Notes: a model not told the origin generated them from the sequence alone. A stretch of 64,000 nucleotides of DNA from Minisyncoccota bacterium (GCA_021734995.1 JAIPHX010000001.1:52590-116589); one strand, 5' to 3'; positions 17,696 to 26,006 are shown, counted from the stretch's first letter. Numbers and translations are program-made.

Positions 17696-19423
17696 ATGGA
17701 TACATCAAAAACACCAAAATTTGATAATGCTATAGATAAAATATTAGCAAATCTAAAACCTCACAAAAGAATATGTGAGCAATGTGAAGTAGAGTTTGAA
17801 TTTTTGGATACGGATATTGAATTTTTTAATAAATTTAAGGTTCCACCACCTAGGATGTGTTCAGATTGTCGCAGGCAAAGGAGGTTGGCTTTTGTAAATT
17901 ACACAACTCTTTTTAAGAGAATTTGTAATACACCAACGCATGATGAAAAGATAATTTCTTCAATTCCAGAAGGAACAGAATTTCCAGTTTATGATTTTGA
18001 TTCATATTGGCACGGTGACAGAGATTGGAAAGAATATGGAAAAGATTTTGATTTTAATAAATCTTTTATAAAGCAGTTTAAGGAATTATTTATTAAATCG
18101 CCTCAACCTGCACTTACTCGCAACCCAGAGAGTATTGATAGTGATTATACTTCATATGGGGTTCAACTAAAAAATTGTTATTATGTTTTTGGCGGAATGA
18201 ATGCTGAAAATATTATGTACACTGTCTGGCCTATGATGGTTAAAGATTCTGCAGATTTTCTTATTGCAGTAAACACGGATTTATCGTACGAAGGTGTATA
18301 TCCAGAAAATTGTTATAACTGTAATTTTGTATATTTTTCAAGAGATTGCGTAGATTGTAATTTTACTTTCGATTGCAGGAATTGTAACGACTGCTTTGCT
18401 TGTGTAAATTTGAGAAGTAAAAAATATTGCATTTGGAATAAACAATATTCTAAGGAGGATTACTTTAAAGAAATATCAAAAATTGATTTGGGAGATCAAG
18501 AAACATTAAAAAAATATAAATTAGATTTTATGAGTTTTGTAAAAAAATTACCAGTGAGAGCTACTCGAAATGAACATTCGGAAAATGTATCAGGTAATTA
18601 TCTAATAAATACAAACAATTGTTACAGTACAATGTGGGCAATGAATTCTGAAAATTTAAGTTTTACTGATTTTGTATTAAGATTAAAAGATTCATATGAT
18701 TGTACTGTTTCAGCTGTTGCTGAGAAATTATACAGTACATCAGGTGTCGGGAATAATTGTTTTGATGTAAGGTTTTCTACTTTTGGGAGAGATGTTCGTG
18801 AGTGTGAATATATAATGAATTGTAAAAATTGCACAAATTGTTTTGCTTGCATTGGTCTTGTTAATGCTAAGTTTTGTGTTTTTAATAAACAATATGAAGA
18901 AAGTGAATATTGGAATTTAGTTGATGAAATAAAAACAAAAATGTTAGAAGATAATGAATATGGAGAATTTTTTCCAATGTCAGTAAGCCCCTTCCCTTAT
19001 AATGCCTCTCTTGCAAATATTATTTATCCATCATCTAAAGAAAAAATTCTTAAGTTAAATGGTTGGTGGCATGATGAAGAGTCCGATTTTCCAAAAGGAA
19101 TAGAATTTACAAAAGTTAAAGATATTGAACAAAATATAAAAGATATTTCGGATGTTATTTTAAATAAAGGAATAATAAGCGATAATAATGGTAAACCGTT
19201 TAGAATAACAGAAAGAGAACTTGATTTTTATAAACGTAAGCAAATATCAATTCCAAATATTACTCCATACGAACGTATAATAAATCGCTTTTCTTTTGTT
19301 AATAACTTTAATCTTTTTAAAGATCAGTGTTTCAAATGTAAAACAGAGATTTTGAGTAGCTACGATACAAAAAATGGATTTAAGCCATACTGTGAAAAAT
19401 GTTATCAGCAAGAAGTTTATTAA
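17696..19423 (+). CDS. Cysteine-rich protein family member 1 (575 aa) with N- and C-terminal CxxC...CxxCR zinc-ribbon modules
   Basis: N-terminal CEQCEVEF...FFNKFKVPPPRMCSDCRRQRR; central DCVDCNFTFDCRNCNDCFACVNL...NKQYSKEDY and CKNCTNCFACIGL...NKQYEESEY repeats; C-terminal FYKRKQISIPN...CFKCK...KPYCEKCYQQEVY. Paralogous to the CDS at 32838, 36809 and 38620. Confidence 0.7.
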   Translation: MDTSKTPKFDNAIDKILANLKPHKRICEQCEVEFEFLDTDIEFFNKFKVPPPRMCSDCRRQRRLAFVNYTTLFKRICNTPTHDEKIISSIPEGTEFPVYDFDSYWHGDRDWKEYGKDFDFNKSFIKQFKELFIKSPQPALTRNPESIDSDYTSYGVQLKNCYYVFGGMNAENIMYTVWPMMVKDSADFLIAVNTDLSYEGVYPENCYNCNFVYFSRDCVDCNFTFDCRNCNDCFACVNLRSKKYCIWNKQYSKEDYFKEISKIDLGDQETLKKYKLDFMSFVKKLPVRATRNEHSENVSGNYLINTNNCYSTMWAMNSENLSFTDFVLRLKDSYDCTVSAVAEKLYSTSGVGNNCFDVRFSTFGRDVRECEYIMNCKNCTNCFACIGLVNAKFCVFNKQYEESEYWNLVDEIKTKMLEDNEYGEFFPMSVSPFPYNASLANIIYPSSKEKILKLNGWWHDEESDFPKGIEFTKVKDIEQNIKDISDVILNKGIISDNNGKPFRITERELDFYKRKQISIPNITPYERIINRFSFVNNFNLFKDQCFKCKTEILSSYDTKNGFKPYCEKCYQQEVY

Positions 19424-19467
19424 ATTTAAATAAAATAAAAAATAGAGCTACTTGCAGGGTCTTTCGT

Positions 19468-19579
19468 GGTTTTGCCTGCTGGCAAAACATCGCTCCGGCT
19501 TTCTTCATCTCACCACCATCCCAACACAAGACGCTTTGCCCCCGAGAGCATAAATGCTCTCAGATGCAAATCGTTGCGG
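19468..19579 (+). repeat. 112-bp GC-rich repeat element, copy 1
   Basis: ggttttgcctgctggcaaaacatcgctccgg...gagagcataaatgctctcagatgcaaatcgttgcgg. Identical (one mismatch) to 21644..21755 and contains internal hairpins. Confidence 0.6.
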
Positions 19580-19643
19580 GCCATGTGGATTCAGTCCCAG
19601 AGCGGTAAGGCACCATAAGGGTTGCTCAGTAAATTTTCAGAGT

Positions 19644-20654
19644 CTAAACTGAGGCCTGTGGGACTGTTGCCTTTTTACAAACCAGTAACATGCAAGGGTA
19701 TTTGTTGTTCTTTCTATCGAGAAAATATTCTGTTTGATCTACAACTGTTAAATTATTTTCCTTAAGTAAAGCATCTATCCACCCTTTCTTGTAATAATGG
19801 TAATAATTTTCTGGATCCCCAACACCCACATGATCTTCGTTTCCAGTCTCACCATATTCGTATATGGGCACAACATAATCTCCTTTTAGTTTTTCTGTAT
19901 CCTCCACAGAAATCATAAAACAAAGTTGGCCATCATTTGAGATCATTGATGACATATCCCGAATAAAAGTGTGCATCCCTTCAGGATTAAAGTATGTTGC
20001 AACACCGATAGAAATTATGTTTTTAGGATTAAGATTTCTAAATTTCTTCGGAATACCTTTTTGTAAATCAGAAACAACAAGTTCTTGGTATGTCTCTTTT
20101 ACCACATTATTCTTTAACATCTGTGGAGATATGTCTGTCCCGAATAGTTTTATATTCTTACCTTCTTTTTGGGTTGCTTCAACCAGAATTTTTGCGGAAA
20201 GACCGGTCCCTGTACCTAAATCGAGAACAATATCGCCATCTGAAAGTTCAGCTGTTATAAGAGAAATTTTTTCGGAAAAAACTTTGAGAGAATTATCCTC
20301 TTCAAGAGCCCCATTGCTGTATTGTTCTCCTACTTCGTTTGAAGTCCAGTAATTATTCAATTCTTCCAAGCGTTCAGAGGACTTGGTCTGGATAAGTTCA
20401 AGTATGCAATTTTTTGATTCACTTCCGAGAATACCTTTCTGGCTTAATCCTTCCAGTATTTGAGGTACTTTTCTTTTTAGTTGCTGAGGCAAATTAAGCT
20501 TTAATGTACCTAAAATAAAACGGTATGCGTCCTCACCTTCAGGTGTTTGCAGTAATTCAGTCCTTGCCTCTCGTATTTGTAATTCTTGAGCGGCTAGAGC
20601 TGTCTCTGATGTAGGTTTTATTATAGGTGGTTGTTGTGCGGGTTTAAAAGTCAT
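19644..20654 (-). CDS. Class I SAM-dependent methyltransferase (336 aa) with an extra N-terminal domain
   Basis: Motif I VLDLGTGTGLSA, post-I acidic residue (FGTDIS), Rossmann-fold order. Confidence 0.7.
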   Translation of the reverse strand: MTFKPAQQPPIIKPTSETALAAQELQIREARTELLQTPEGEDAYRFILGTLKLNLPQQLKRKVPQILEGLSQKGILGSESKNCILELIQTKSSERLEELNNYWTSNEVGEQYSNGALEEDNSLKVFSEKISLITAELSDGDIVLDLGTGTGLSAKILVEATQKEGKNIKLFGTDISPQMLKNNVVKETYQELVVSDLQKGIPKKFRNLNPKNIISIGVATYFNPEGMHTFIRDMSSMISNDGQLCFMISVEDTEKLKGDYVVPIYEYGETGNEDHVGVGDPENYYHYYKKGWIDALLKENNLTVVDQTEYFLDRKNNKYPCMLLVCKKATVPQASV

Positions 20655-20709
20655 ATATCTATTCTAGCTTACTAATCCCGATTTGGGTAATCAGGCATTC
20701 GGGTCGGGC

Positions 20710-21507
20710 TTACTTTGTTGCAACAACAATCATATCTTCGGCATTTTCAGAATACTCACCACCCTCCCATCCAGAATAAGTAACTACTGAAGAAAATCCT
20801 ACTTTCCTACACATTTCTTCAAATTCTTCCTTTGTGTAAACTCGAACAGAGTAATCTTTTCTTTCTTCTTTACCATTGCTTTGAATAATCCATGCTCCGT
20901 TAATTCTTTTTGTTTGAGGATCGTATGAATCAATGATTCTGAGAGTTTTTCCTGTGAGAAGATTACGTTGTTCATCCTCTTTATATTTTCCTGACAGAAT
21001 TCTCGGTACATTCACATCAGTGTGCATTAAAAATTTTCCGCCAGGTTTTAGTGCATTAAAGAAATTTTTTAGCACTTTTTCATTTTCCTCATCTGTGTCA
21101 AAAAAGCCAAATGAGTAGAACATATTGATAACACCATCAAACCTTGAGGAGTATTGCAGGTCGAGCATGCTTTCCTTGCTGAAAGTTATATTGAGCGAAT
21201 ATGCTTTCACAGCATCGATCGCCTTTTGCAAATGAACAGAATTGATATCTGAGCCTACCACTTCAAATCCTTGTCGAGCAAGTTCGATGCTATGTCTGCC
21301 GTATCCGCATGGGCAATCAAGAACGCTAGCACCATCTTTTAAGGACAAGAGCTTAACTACTCCAACTACTTCAGTTACAGTTCTTTCTTTTAAACTCTGC
21401 TTCTTTTCAATAAGGTATCCTTCTTGTGATGCGTCTCCATCCATATAAAAATTACCGAAGAAACCATATTCTTCTGACCACCATGGATTTTTTGCGTCTT
21501 GAGGCAT
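20710..21507 (-). CDS. Class I SAM-dependent methyltransferase (265 aa)
   Basis: Motif I VLDCPCGYGRHS, motif II/III (GVINMFYSFGF ... LKPGGKFLM). Confidence 0.7.
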   Translation of the reverse strand: MPQDAKNPWWSEEYGFFGNFYMDGDASQEGYLIEKKQSLKERTVTEVVGVVKLLSLKDGASVLDCPCGYGRHSIELARQGFEVVGSDINSVHLQKAIDAVKAYSLNITFSKESMLDLQYSSRFDGVINMFYSFGFFDTDEENEKVLKNFFNALKPGGKFLMHTDVNVPRILSGKYKEDEQRNLLTGKTLRIIDSYDPQTKRINGAWIIQSNGKEERKDYSVRVYTKEEFEEMCRKVGFSSVVTYSGWEGGEYSENAEDMIVVATK

Positions 21508-21569
21508 ATAGATATTTTAACTTAATTCAAACAATTTAGCAACTCGGGTCATCCGATACTCTATTTTTT

Positions 21570-21591
21570 GTTGCGGAGGCGGTGAGATTCG
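21570..21591 (-). other. 22-nt duplicate of the tRNA-Ser 3' end (att-like fragment)
   Basis: gttgcggaggcggtgagattcg is identical to 21749..21770 inside tRNA-Ser and diverges afterwards. Confidence 0.5.
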
Positions 21592-21643
21592 GTCACAGAT
21601 AATTTCTTCGCCGTCGCTCAGAAATTTCTGCGACCCCGCCTCG

Positions 21644-21755
21644 CGGTTTTGCCTGCTGGCAAAACATCGCTCCGGCTTTCTTCATCTCACCACCATCCCA
21701 ACACAAGACGCTTTGCCCCCGAGAGCATAAATGCTCTCAGATGTAAATCGTTGCG
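21644..21755 (+). repeat. 112-bp GC-rich repeat element, copy 2, abutting and overlapping the 3' end of tRNA-Ser by 3 nt
   Basis: Same sequence as 19468..19579 with one c/t difference. Confidence 0.6.
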
Positions 21756-21837
21756 GAGGCGGTGAGATTCGAACTCACGGTGCCTTTCGACACTCCTGTT
21801 TTCAAGACAGGTGCACTAAACCACTATGCGACGCCTC
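21753..21837 (-). tRNA. tRNA-Ser (anticodon TGA), class II with a long variable arm
   Basis: Reverse complement GGAGGCG-TC-GCA..TGC-A-CCTGT-CTTGAAA-ACAGG-AGTGTCGAAAGGCACC-GTGAG-TTCGAAT-CTCAC-CGCCTCC-G, with discriminator G. Confidence 0.8.
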
Positions 21838-21847
21838 CAATATTATT

Positions 21848-22096
21848 TTATTGCCATCCAGATTTTTTAAAAACATCTAAGAAGGCTTTTTTTGCTTGTG
21901 CTGGTGTTTTCTTAACAACAAGGAAAATATAGACTATCTCTATAATAGCTAAAAAGTTAACCACCATAAATATAGCAAACCATATCTTTTCCTTACGGTT
22001 AACTGCCAACCACACAGCATATGCTTTCCATGGCAACATCCAAACAACAGCCAAAAAAGAAATCAATGTTTTATTTTCTATTAAAAAACTTTCCAT
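21848..22096 (-). CDS. Small (82 aa) two-TM membrane protein, hypothetical
   Basis: Two hydrophobic helices; no recognisable motif. Confidence 0.4.
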   Translation of the reverse strand: MESFLIENKTLISFLAVVWMLPWKAYAVWLAVNRKEKIWFAIFMVVNFLAIIEIVYIFLVVKKTPAQAKKAFLDVFKKSGWQ

Positions 22097-22183
22097 TCGG
22101 CTATCATAGCAAAAAAAGCTCTTTTTCGCTAGTGCTTGCCGATAGCTATCTTGGTATTCATATCTGTGTTAATATCACTATAT

Positions 22184-22624
22184 ATGTATAGGTATTTAGG
22201 AATAGACTATGGAACAAAAAGAATTGGACTCGCTATTTCTGATGAAGAAGCACAGTTTGCCTTTCCAGAGAAGATTTTGTTGAACAACAACAGCACTATT
22301 GATGAAATTGAAAAGATTATAAAACAAAAAAATATTTCTGCTTTTGTAATAGGGGAGTCTTTAAATTTAAAAGGAGAACAAAATGCAGTTTACAATGATA
22401 TTGTACGATTTGGTGACTTGCTCAAGTCTAGATTTGAGCTTCCTGTCTATCAAGAAAAAGAATTTATGACTTCTGTCTTTGCTAGAAGTTCTACTGATCA
22501 AAAAAAAGATTTTAATAAAAGTCAAAAGCATAGTAGAGTAGAGAAGAAAAGATCACCAAAAGCAGATGCTAGTGCTGCTGCTTTGATTTTACAAAGATAT
22601 TTAGATAGAATGAATACAAAATGA
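22184..22624 (+). CDS. ruvX: Holliday junction resolvase-like protein RuvX/YqgF
   Basis: YLGIDYGTKRIGLAISDEEAQFAFP motif. Start trimmed to the internal Met; the ORF-track start at 22136 adds a hydrophobic leader. Confidence 0.7.
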   Translation: MYRYLGIDYGTKRIGLAISDEEAQFAFPEKILLNNNSTIDEIEKIIKQKNISAFVIGESLNLKGEQNAVYNDIVRFGDLLKSRFELPVYQEKEFMTSVFARSSTDQKKDFNKSQKHSRVEKKRSPKADASAAALILQRYLDRMNTK

Positions 22625-22950
22625 TTACCATTGATGATTTTAAAAAAATAGAAATAGTAGTAGGGAAGATATTGTCTGCTGAAAAGATAGAAGATACAGA
22701 CAAGCTTTTGAAATTGTCTGTAGATTTAGGAGAAGAAAGTCCAAGACAAATAGTCTCTGGTATTGCATTGTATTATCCAGATCCTGCTGTGCTAGTAAAT
22801 AAAAAATGTATGTTTGTGGCCAATCTTGAGCCAAGAGTTATTAGAGGACACGAGAGTAATGGAATGATTTTTGCTCTCTCTACGGAAGATGGAAAGTTTT
22901 CTTTACTTGAACCAAGCGCAGAAATACCACAAGGGACCAAAGCAAAGTAG
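22621..22950 (+). CDS. tRNA-binding domain protein (CsaA/Trbp111-like OB-fold, as in MetRS C-terminal domains)
   Basis: FKKIEIVVGKILSAEKIEDTDKLLKLSVDLGEESPRQIVSGIALYY is typical of the tRNA-binding-arm domain. Confidence 0.65.
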   Translation: MITIDDFKKIEIVVGKILSAEKIEDTDKLLKLSVDLGEESPRQIVSGIALYYPDPAVLVNKKCMFVANLEPRVIRGHESNGMIFALSTEDGKFSLLEPSAEIPQGTKAK

Positions 22951-22984
22951 CAAAACAAAATCATATATCATATAATATAGTTGT

Positions 22985-24049
22985 ATGTTTATAAATTCTA
23001 TACTACATTTTTGGAGTGAGATGAAATTTCCATTTTCATCTTCTTCGTCAATATCTTTTTCGGATACTCATGTTAGATTTGTGCGATTCAAAAGAAGCTG
23101 GAACGAAGTCTCCCTTAAAGATTTTGAAGGATATGAATTAACTCGCGGGATTATAGAAGGAGGGAAGATAAAAGATGATGAACAACTAGTAAAAATATTA
23201 AAAAATTTAAAAAAAAGACAAGGGATAAAATCTGTGCGAGTTTCTTTGCCGGAGGACGAAACACATTTGTTTATAATGAATATAGAAAGAAAAAGAATAG
23301 GCAGGATGCATTATCGCAATTTGCGAAAATTTGTTCAATTTTCTTTTAAAAAATATACAAATATTCCTAAAGAAGACGTTGTTTTTGAAATAAAGATCCT
23401 TAGCAAGAATGAAAAGTTTTTTGAAATACAGGTGGCATTGATGGATAGAAAAGTGCTTGCAAGGTATTTTAATATATTCAAAAAAGCAGGGATTACTGTA
23501 AAATCTTTTGAACCAGAGGGGGTTTCTTTAATGCATTCATTAGTTGCTAAAAAAGACAAAAGAGCTTTGATGATAGTGAATGTAGAATATTCCAGAGCTG
23601 GAGTTTTTGTCGTATATGGAAATGCAATTCTTTTTACTTCCACAATAGATTTTGGAGACAAAAGTATTTTTGACATGTTTGAAGAAAAGATAGAAAAGAA
23701 TTCTTTCGTCCTCACTAAAAATATGGTTGTTGCGAATACTGCTTCAGGAGCATTTAGTGGGTTTCATTTGTTAAAAGAAGAAATTTCAAAATACTTTTTG
23801 TATTGGCATACAAGGGGAGGTGAAGAAGGAAAAGAAAGACCAGCAATAAAAGAAATTATTCTTTGTGGTGAAGGTGCTAAAATTTCTGGCTTGTCTGAAT
23901 ACCTCGCGGTCAGTTTGAAAACCCCAGTATCTCTTGCAAATGTTTGGGTAAATGTCCTTGACCCTAGCAAAGAAATTCCAAGTCTCACATATACAGAATC
24001 TCTTTCTTTTGCCCAGCCGATAGGAGCATCTATTAGAGAATTTAAATAA
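22985..24049 (+). CDS. pilM: Type IV pilus assembly ATPase-like protein PilM (actin-like fold); the real start may be Met at 23021
   Basis: MKFPFSSSSSISF (compare IGLDIGSSSIK), and a C-terminal ILCGEGAKISGLSEYL glycine motif. No pilN/O follows. Confidence 0.55.
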   Translation: MFINSILHFWSEMKFPFSSSSSISFSDTHVRFVRFKRSWNEVSLKDFEGYELTRGIIEGGKIKDDEQLVKILKNLKKRQGIKSVRVSLPEDETHLFIMNIERKRIGRMHYRNLRKFVQFSFKKYTNIPKEDVVFEIKILSKNEKFFEIQVALMDRKVLARYFNIFKKAGITVKSFEPEGVSLMHSLVAKKDKRALMIVNVEYSRAGVFVVYGNAILFTSTIDFGDKSIFDMFEEKIEKNSFVLTKNMVVANTASGAFSGFHLLKEEISKYFLYWHTRGGEEGKERPAIKEIILCGEGAKISGLSEYLAVSLKTPVSLANVWVNVLDPSKEIPSLTYTESLSFAQPIGASIREFK

Positions 24050-24098
24050 TACCTTGTTTTTCGGCATTTTTATGCTAAATTATTAGAGCAAGTGATAT

Positions 24099-24171
24099 GC
24101 GCGGTTAGCTCAGTTGGTAGAGCAACTCTTTTACACAGAGAAGGTCGTAGGTTCAAGTCCTACACCGCGCA
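24099..24171 (+). tRNA. tRNA-Val (anticodon TAC)
   Basis: GCGCGGT-TA-GCTC-AGTTGGTA-GAGC-A-ACTCT-TTTACAC-AGAGA-AGGTC-GTAGG-TTCAAGT-CCTAC-ACCGCGC-A-CC. Confidence 0.8.
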
Positions 24172-24184
24172 CCTGTTCTCGAAT

Positions 24185-24256
24185 GCCCCTGTAGTTAAAT
24201 GGATATAACTACGGACTTCTAAGCCGTTATTCGAGGTTCGATTCCTCGCGGGGGCA
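24185..24256 (+). tRNA. tRNA-Arg (anticodon TCT)
   Basis: GCCCCTG-TA-GTTA-AATGGATA-TAAC-T-ACGGA-CTTCTAA-GCCGT-TATT-CGAGG-TTCGATT-CCTCG-CGGGGGC-A. Confidence 0.75.
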
Positions 24257-24260
24257 CAAG

Positions 24261-24974
24261 GTGAATATAAAAAAACTATACGAAGACGATGATATTCTTG
24301 CCATAGAAAAACCCTCTGGTATTTCTATGCATCAAGATGGAAGAAAAAGTGAAGATTTTACCATTGCTGATTGGTTTTCTGAACAATACCCCGCATCAAT
24401 AAATGTGGGCGAACCTTTTGTTTTCAATGGAGAAGAAATTAAAAGACCAGGGATTGTGCACCGACTAGATAAAGATACATCAGGAGTACTGCTTTTGGTC
24501 AAAAGCCAAGAAGCACATCAATTTTTAAAAAAACAATTTCAAAATACTGAAATTAAAAAAACATATATAGCTATTGTCTTTGGGCATATTAAAAAAGATG
24601 CAGGGGTAATTGAAGAGCCAATAGGTAGAAGCCCAAGTGATTTTAGAAGACGGCTTGCAGGAAGAGGAGCAAAGGGGGAGTTACGAGAAGCTACAACTGA
24701 ATACGTTGTGTTAGAGCGAGGAACAAGTAAAGATGGTGAAAAATTTAGCATAATAGAAGCACATCCAAAGACAGGTAGGACACACCAAATCCGAGTGCAT
24801 ATGAAATTTTTAAGTTATCCTGTTCTTTGTGATAAATTATATGCTCCAAAAAACTTTTGTCCTACAAAGATAGGCAGGCTTGCTCTGCATGCCAAATCAA
24901 TAGAGTTTAAAAATCTAAAAGGAGAGGCAATAAAAGTAGAATCCTCTTTGCCTGAAGAATTTACTAATTTTTAA
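24261..24974 (+). CDS. RluA-family pseudouridine synthase (237 aa; GTG start, no S4 domain)
   Basis: Catalytic motif GIVHRLDKDTSGVLLLVKS, plus KTYIAIVFG and a downstream GRTHQIRVH motif. Confidence 0.75.
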   Translation: MNIKKLYEDDDILAIEKPSGISMHQDGRKSEDFTIADWFSEQYPASINVGEPFVFNGEEIKRPGIVHRLDKDTSGVLLLVKSQEAHQFLKKQFQNTEIKKTYIAIVFGHIKKDAGVIEEPIGRSPSDFRRRLAGRGAKGELREATTEYVVLERGTSKDGEKFSIIEAHPKTGRTHQIRVHMKFLSYPVLCDKLYAPKNFCPTKIGRLALHAKSIEFKNLKGEAIKVESSLPEEFTNF

Positions 24975-24986
24975 AAGTGTTTTAAA
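24961..24986 (+). repeat. 26-bp direct repeat, copy A (overlaps the last codons and stop of rluA)
   Basis: ttactaatttttaaaagtgttttaaa matches 25512..25537 at 25 of 26 positions. Confidence 0.65.
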
Positions 24987-25025
24987 GAGTTTGCGTTTAA
25001 GTTTATCTTAAGTTAAACTTAGATT

Positions 25026-25301
25026 ATGTCTCTTAAAACAAAAGAAAAAATAATTGGGTTTAAAGATTTACGAGAAAACGCTGATAAATATATCAACGCC
25101 ATTGCAAAAGGTAAGTCTTTTACTGTTGTTCGTAGATCTAAACCCATTTTTAAAATAGTCCCAGTAGATGAATGGGGAGATGAAGGCGAATGGGATTCTT
25201 TGGTTGATTTTACTAAGTTGTCCAAAAAAAGTAAGGGAATATTAGCAGAAGAAGTCCTTGAGAGCTTGAAACGCATCAAGGATTATGAAAAAAATAGATA
25301 A
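25026..25301 (+). CDS. Type II antitoxin, Phd/YefM-like (91 aa)
   Basis: The small acidic protein KDLRENADKYINAIAKGKSFTVVRRSKPIFKIVP resembles a Phd/YefM N-terminal domain. Its stop overlaps the downstream toxin start. Confidence 0.5.
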   Translation: MSLKTKEKIIGFKDLRENADKYINAIAKGKSFTVVRRSKPIFKIVPVDEWGDEGEWDSLVDFTKLSKKSKGILAEEVLESLKRIKDYEKNR

Positions 25302-25518
25302 ATTCTTACAGAAGATAGATAAAAAGAACAGAAATATCATAGAGCAAATTGTTCATTTAATAATTGCAGGCAATCTATCAATGCTTGATACTAAAAAATT
25401 AAAGGGATCTAATACAATGTATAGGGTTAGGGTAGGGAAAGTTAGAATAATTTTTGGGAAAGAGGGGAATCAAAATATTATATATAGTATTTCACTTAAG
25501 AATGACCATACTTACTGA
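25285..25518 (+). CDS. Type II toxin, RelE/ParE-superfamily-like (77 aa)
   Basis: LKGSNTMYRVRVGKVRIIFGKEGNQNIIYSISLKNDHTY resembles the RelE/ParE core (compare ...LYELRVGDYRIIY...). A 17-nt overlap with the antitoxin gene is typical of TA operons. Confidence 0.5.
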   Translation: MKKIDKFLQKIDKKNRNIIEQIVHLIIAGNLSMLDTKKLKGSNTMYRVRVGKVRIIFGKEGNQNIIYSISLKNDHTY

Positions 25519-25537
25519 TTTTTAAAAGTGTTTTAAA
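25512..25537 (+). repeat. 26-bp direct repeat, copy B (overlaps the toxin gene stop)
   Basis: ttactgatttttaaaagtgttttaaa. Confidence 0.65.
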
Positions 25538-25571
25538 AAAATTGCAAAAATAAAGGGTTTGTGGTAGATTA

Positions 25572-26006
25572 TTGTCTATGACAGTAGCTAAAATAAAATT
25601 CAGTCCAGTAGATATAGAAGCTCGCAAAAAGCTTGATTTTCATTCTGGAGATACAATAAAAGTGTGGTCAAAAATTCCTGAAGATAAAGGCAAGTTTCGT
25701 TTGCAGGCTTTTGAAGGAACAATCTTGGCTCGTAAGCATGGCACAGAAGCAGGAGCTACTTTTACTGTTCGCAGGGTGGCTTCAGGGGTAGGGGTTGAGA
25801 GAATCTTCCCGTTATTTTCTCCGATGATTGATAGAATTGAAATATTAAAAAAATCCAAATCCAGAAAGTCAAAATTATACTATGTTAGAACAAAAGCAGT
25901 GAGAGATGTAAGAAGAAAGTTAAGATCTACTACATTCCAAGCTGAAGCAGAAGACTCTACTGAAGAAGTTGATAACACTGAGGTTGCAGAAAAGAAAGAA
26001 GAATAA
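25572..26006 (+). CDS. rplS: 50S ribosomal protein L19 with an acidic C-terminal extension
   Basis: GDTIKVWSKIPEDKGKFRLQAFEGTILARKHG...FTVRRVASGVGVERIFPLFSPMIDRIEIL. Confidence 0.85.
   Translation: MSMTVAKIKFSPVDIEARKKLDFHSGDTIKVWSKIPEDKGKFRLQAFEGTILARKHGTEAGATFTVRRVASGVGVERIFPLFSPMIDRIEILKKSKSRKSKLYYVRTKAVRDVRRKLRSTTFQAEAEDSTEEVDNTEVAEKKEE

Noticed and set aside
19468-19579. Whether the 112-bp repeat is a known RNA gene (tRNA, 5S rRNA, SRP/4.5S RNA, tmRNA fragment)
   Set aside because: I tried folding it as a cloverleaf and compared it by eye with 5S, 4.5S and tmRNA consensus features. There is no acceptor/T-arm, no 5S loop-A/C/E motifs, and no SRP domain-IV GGAA or AGCAGC signature. I kept it as an unclassified repeat.
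19580-19690. Possible degenerate tRNA or pseudo-tRNA adjacent to repeat copy R1 (by analogy with tRNA-Ser next to R2)
   Set aside because: The segment has hairpins and a TGAATCC stretch reminiscent of a T-loop, but I could not build an acceptor stem or a T-stem around it.
22136-22183. N-terminal extensions of several ORF-track entries (RuvX 22136, PilM 22985, VKOR 27460, bPH protein 26128, M50 protease 53623, S12 54569, membrane protein 17551)
   Set aside because: The extended starts add hydrophobic or nonsense leaders, and they overlap an upstream gene, a tRNA (26128 overlaps tRNA-Leu) or a gene on the other strand. Internal Met codons give canonical N-termini (for example MPTINQL for S12, MKFPFSSSS for PilM).
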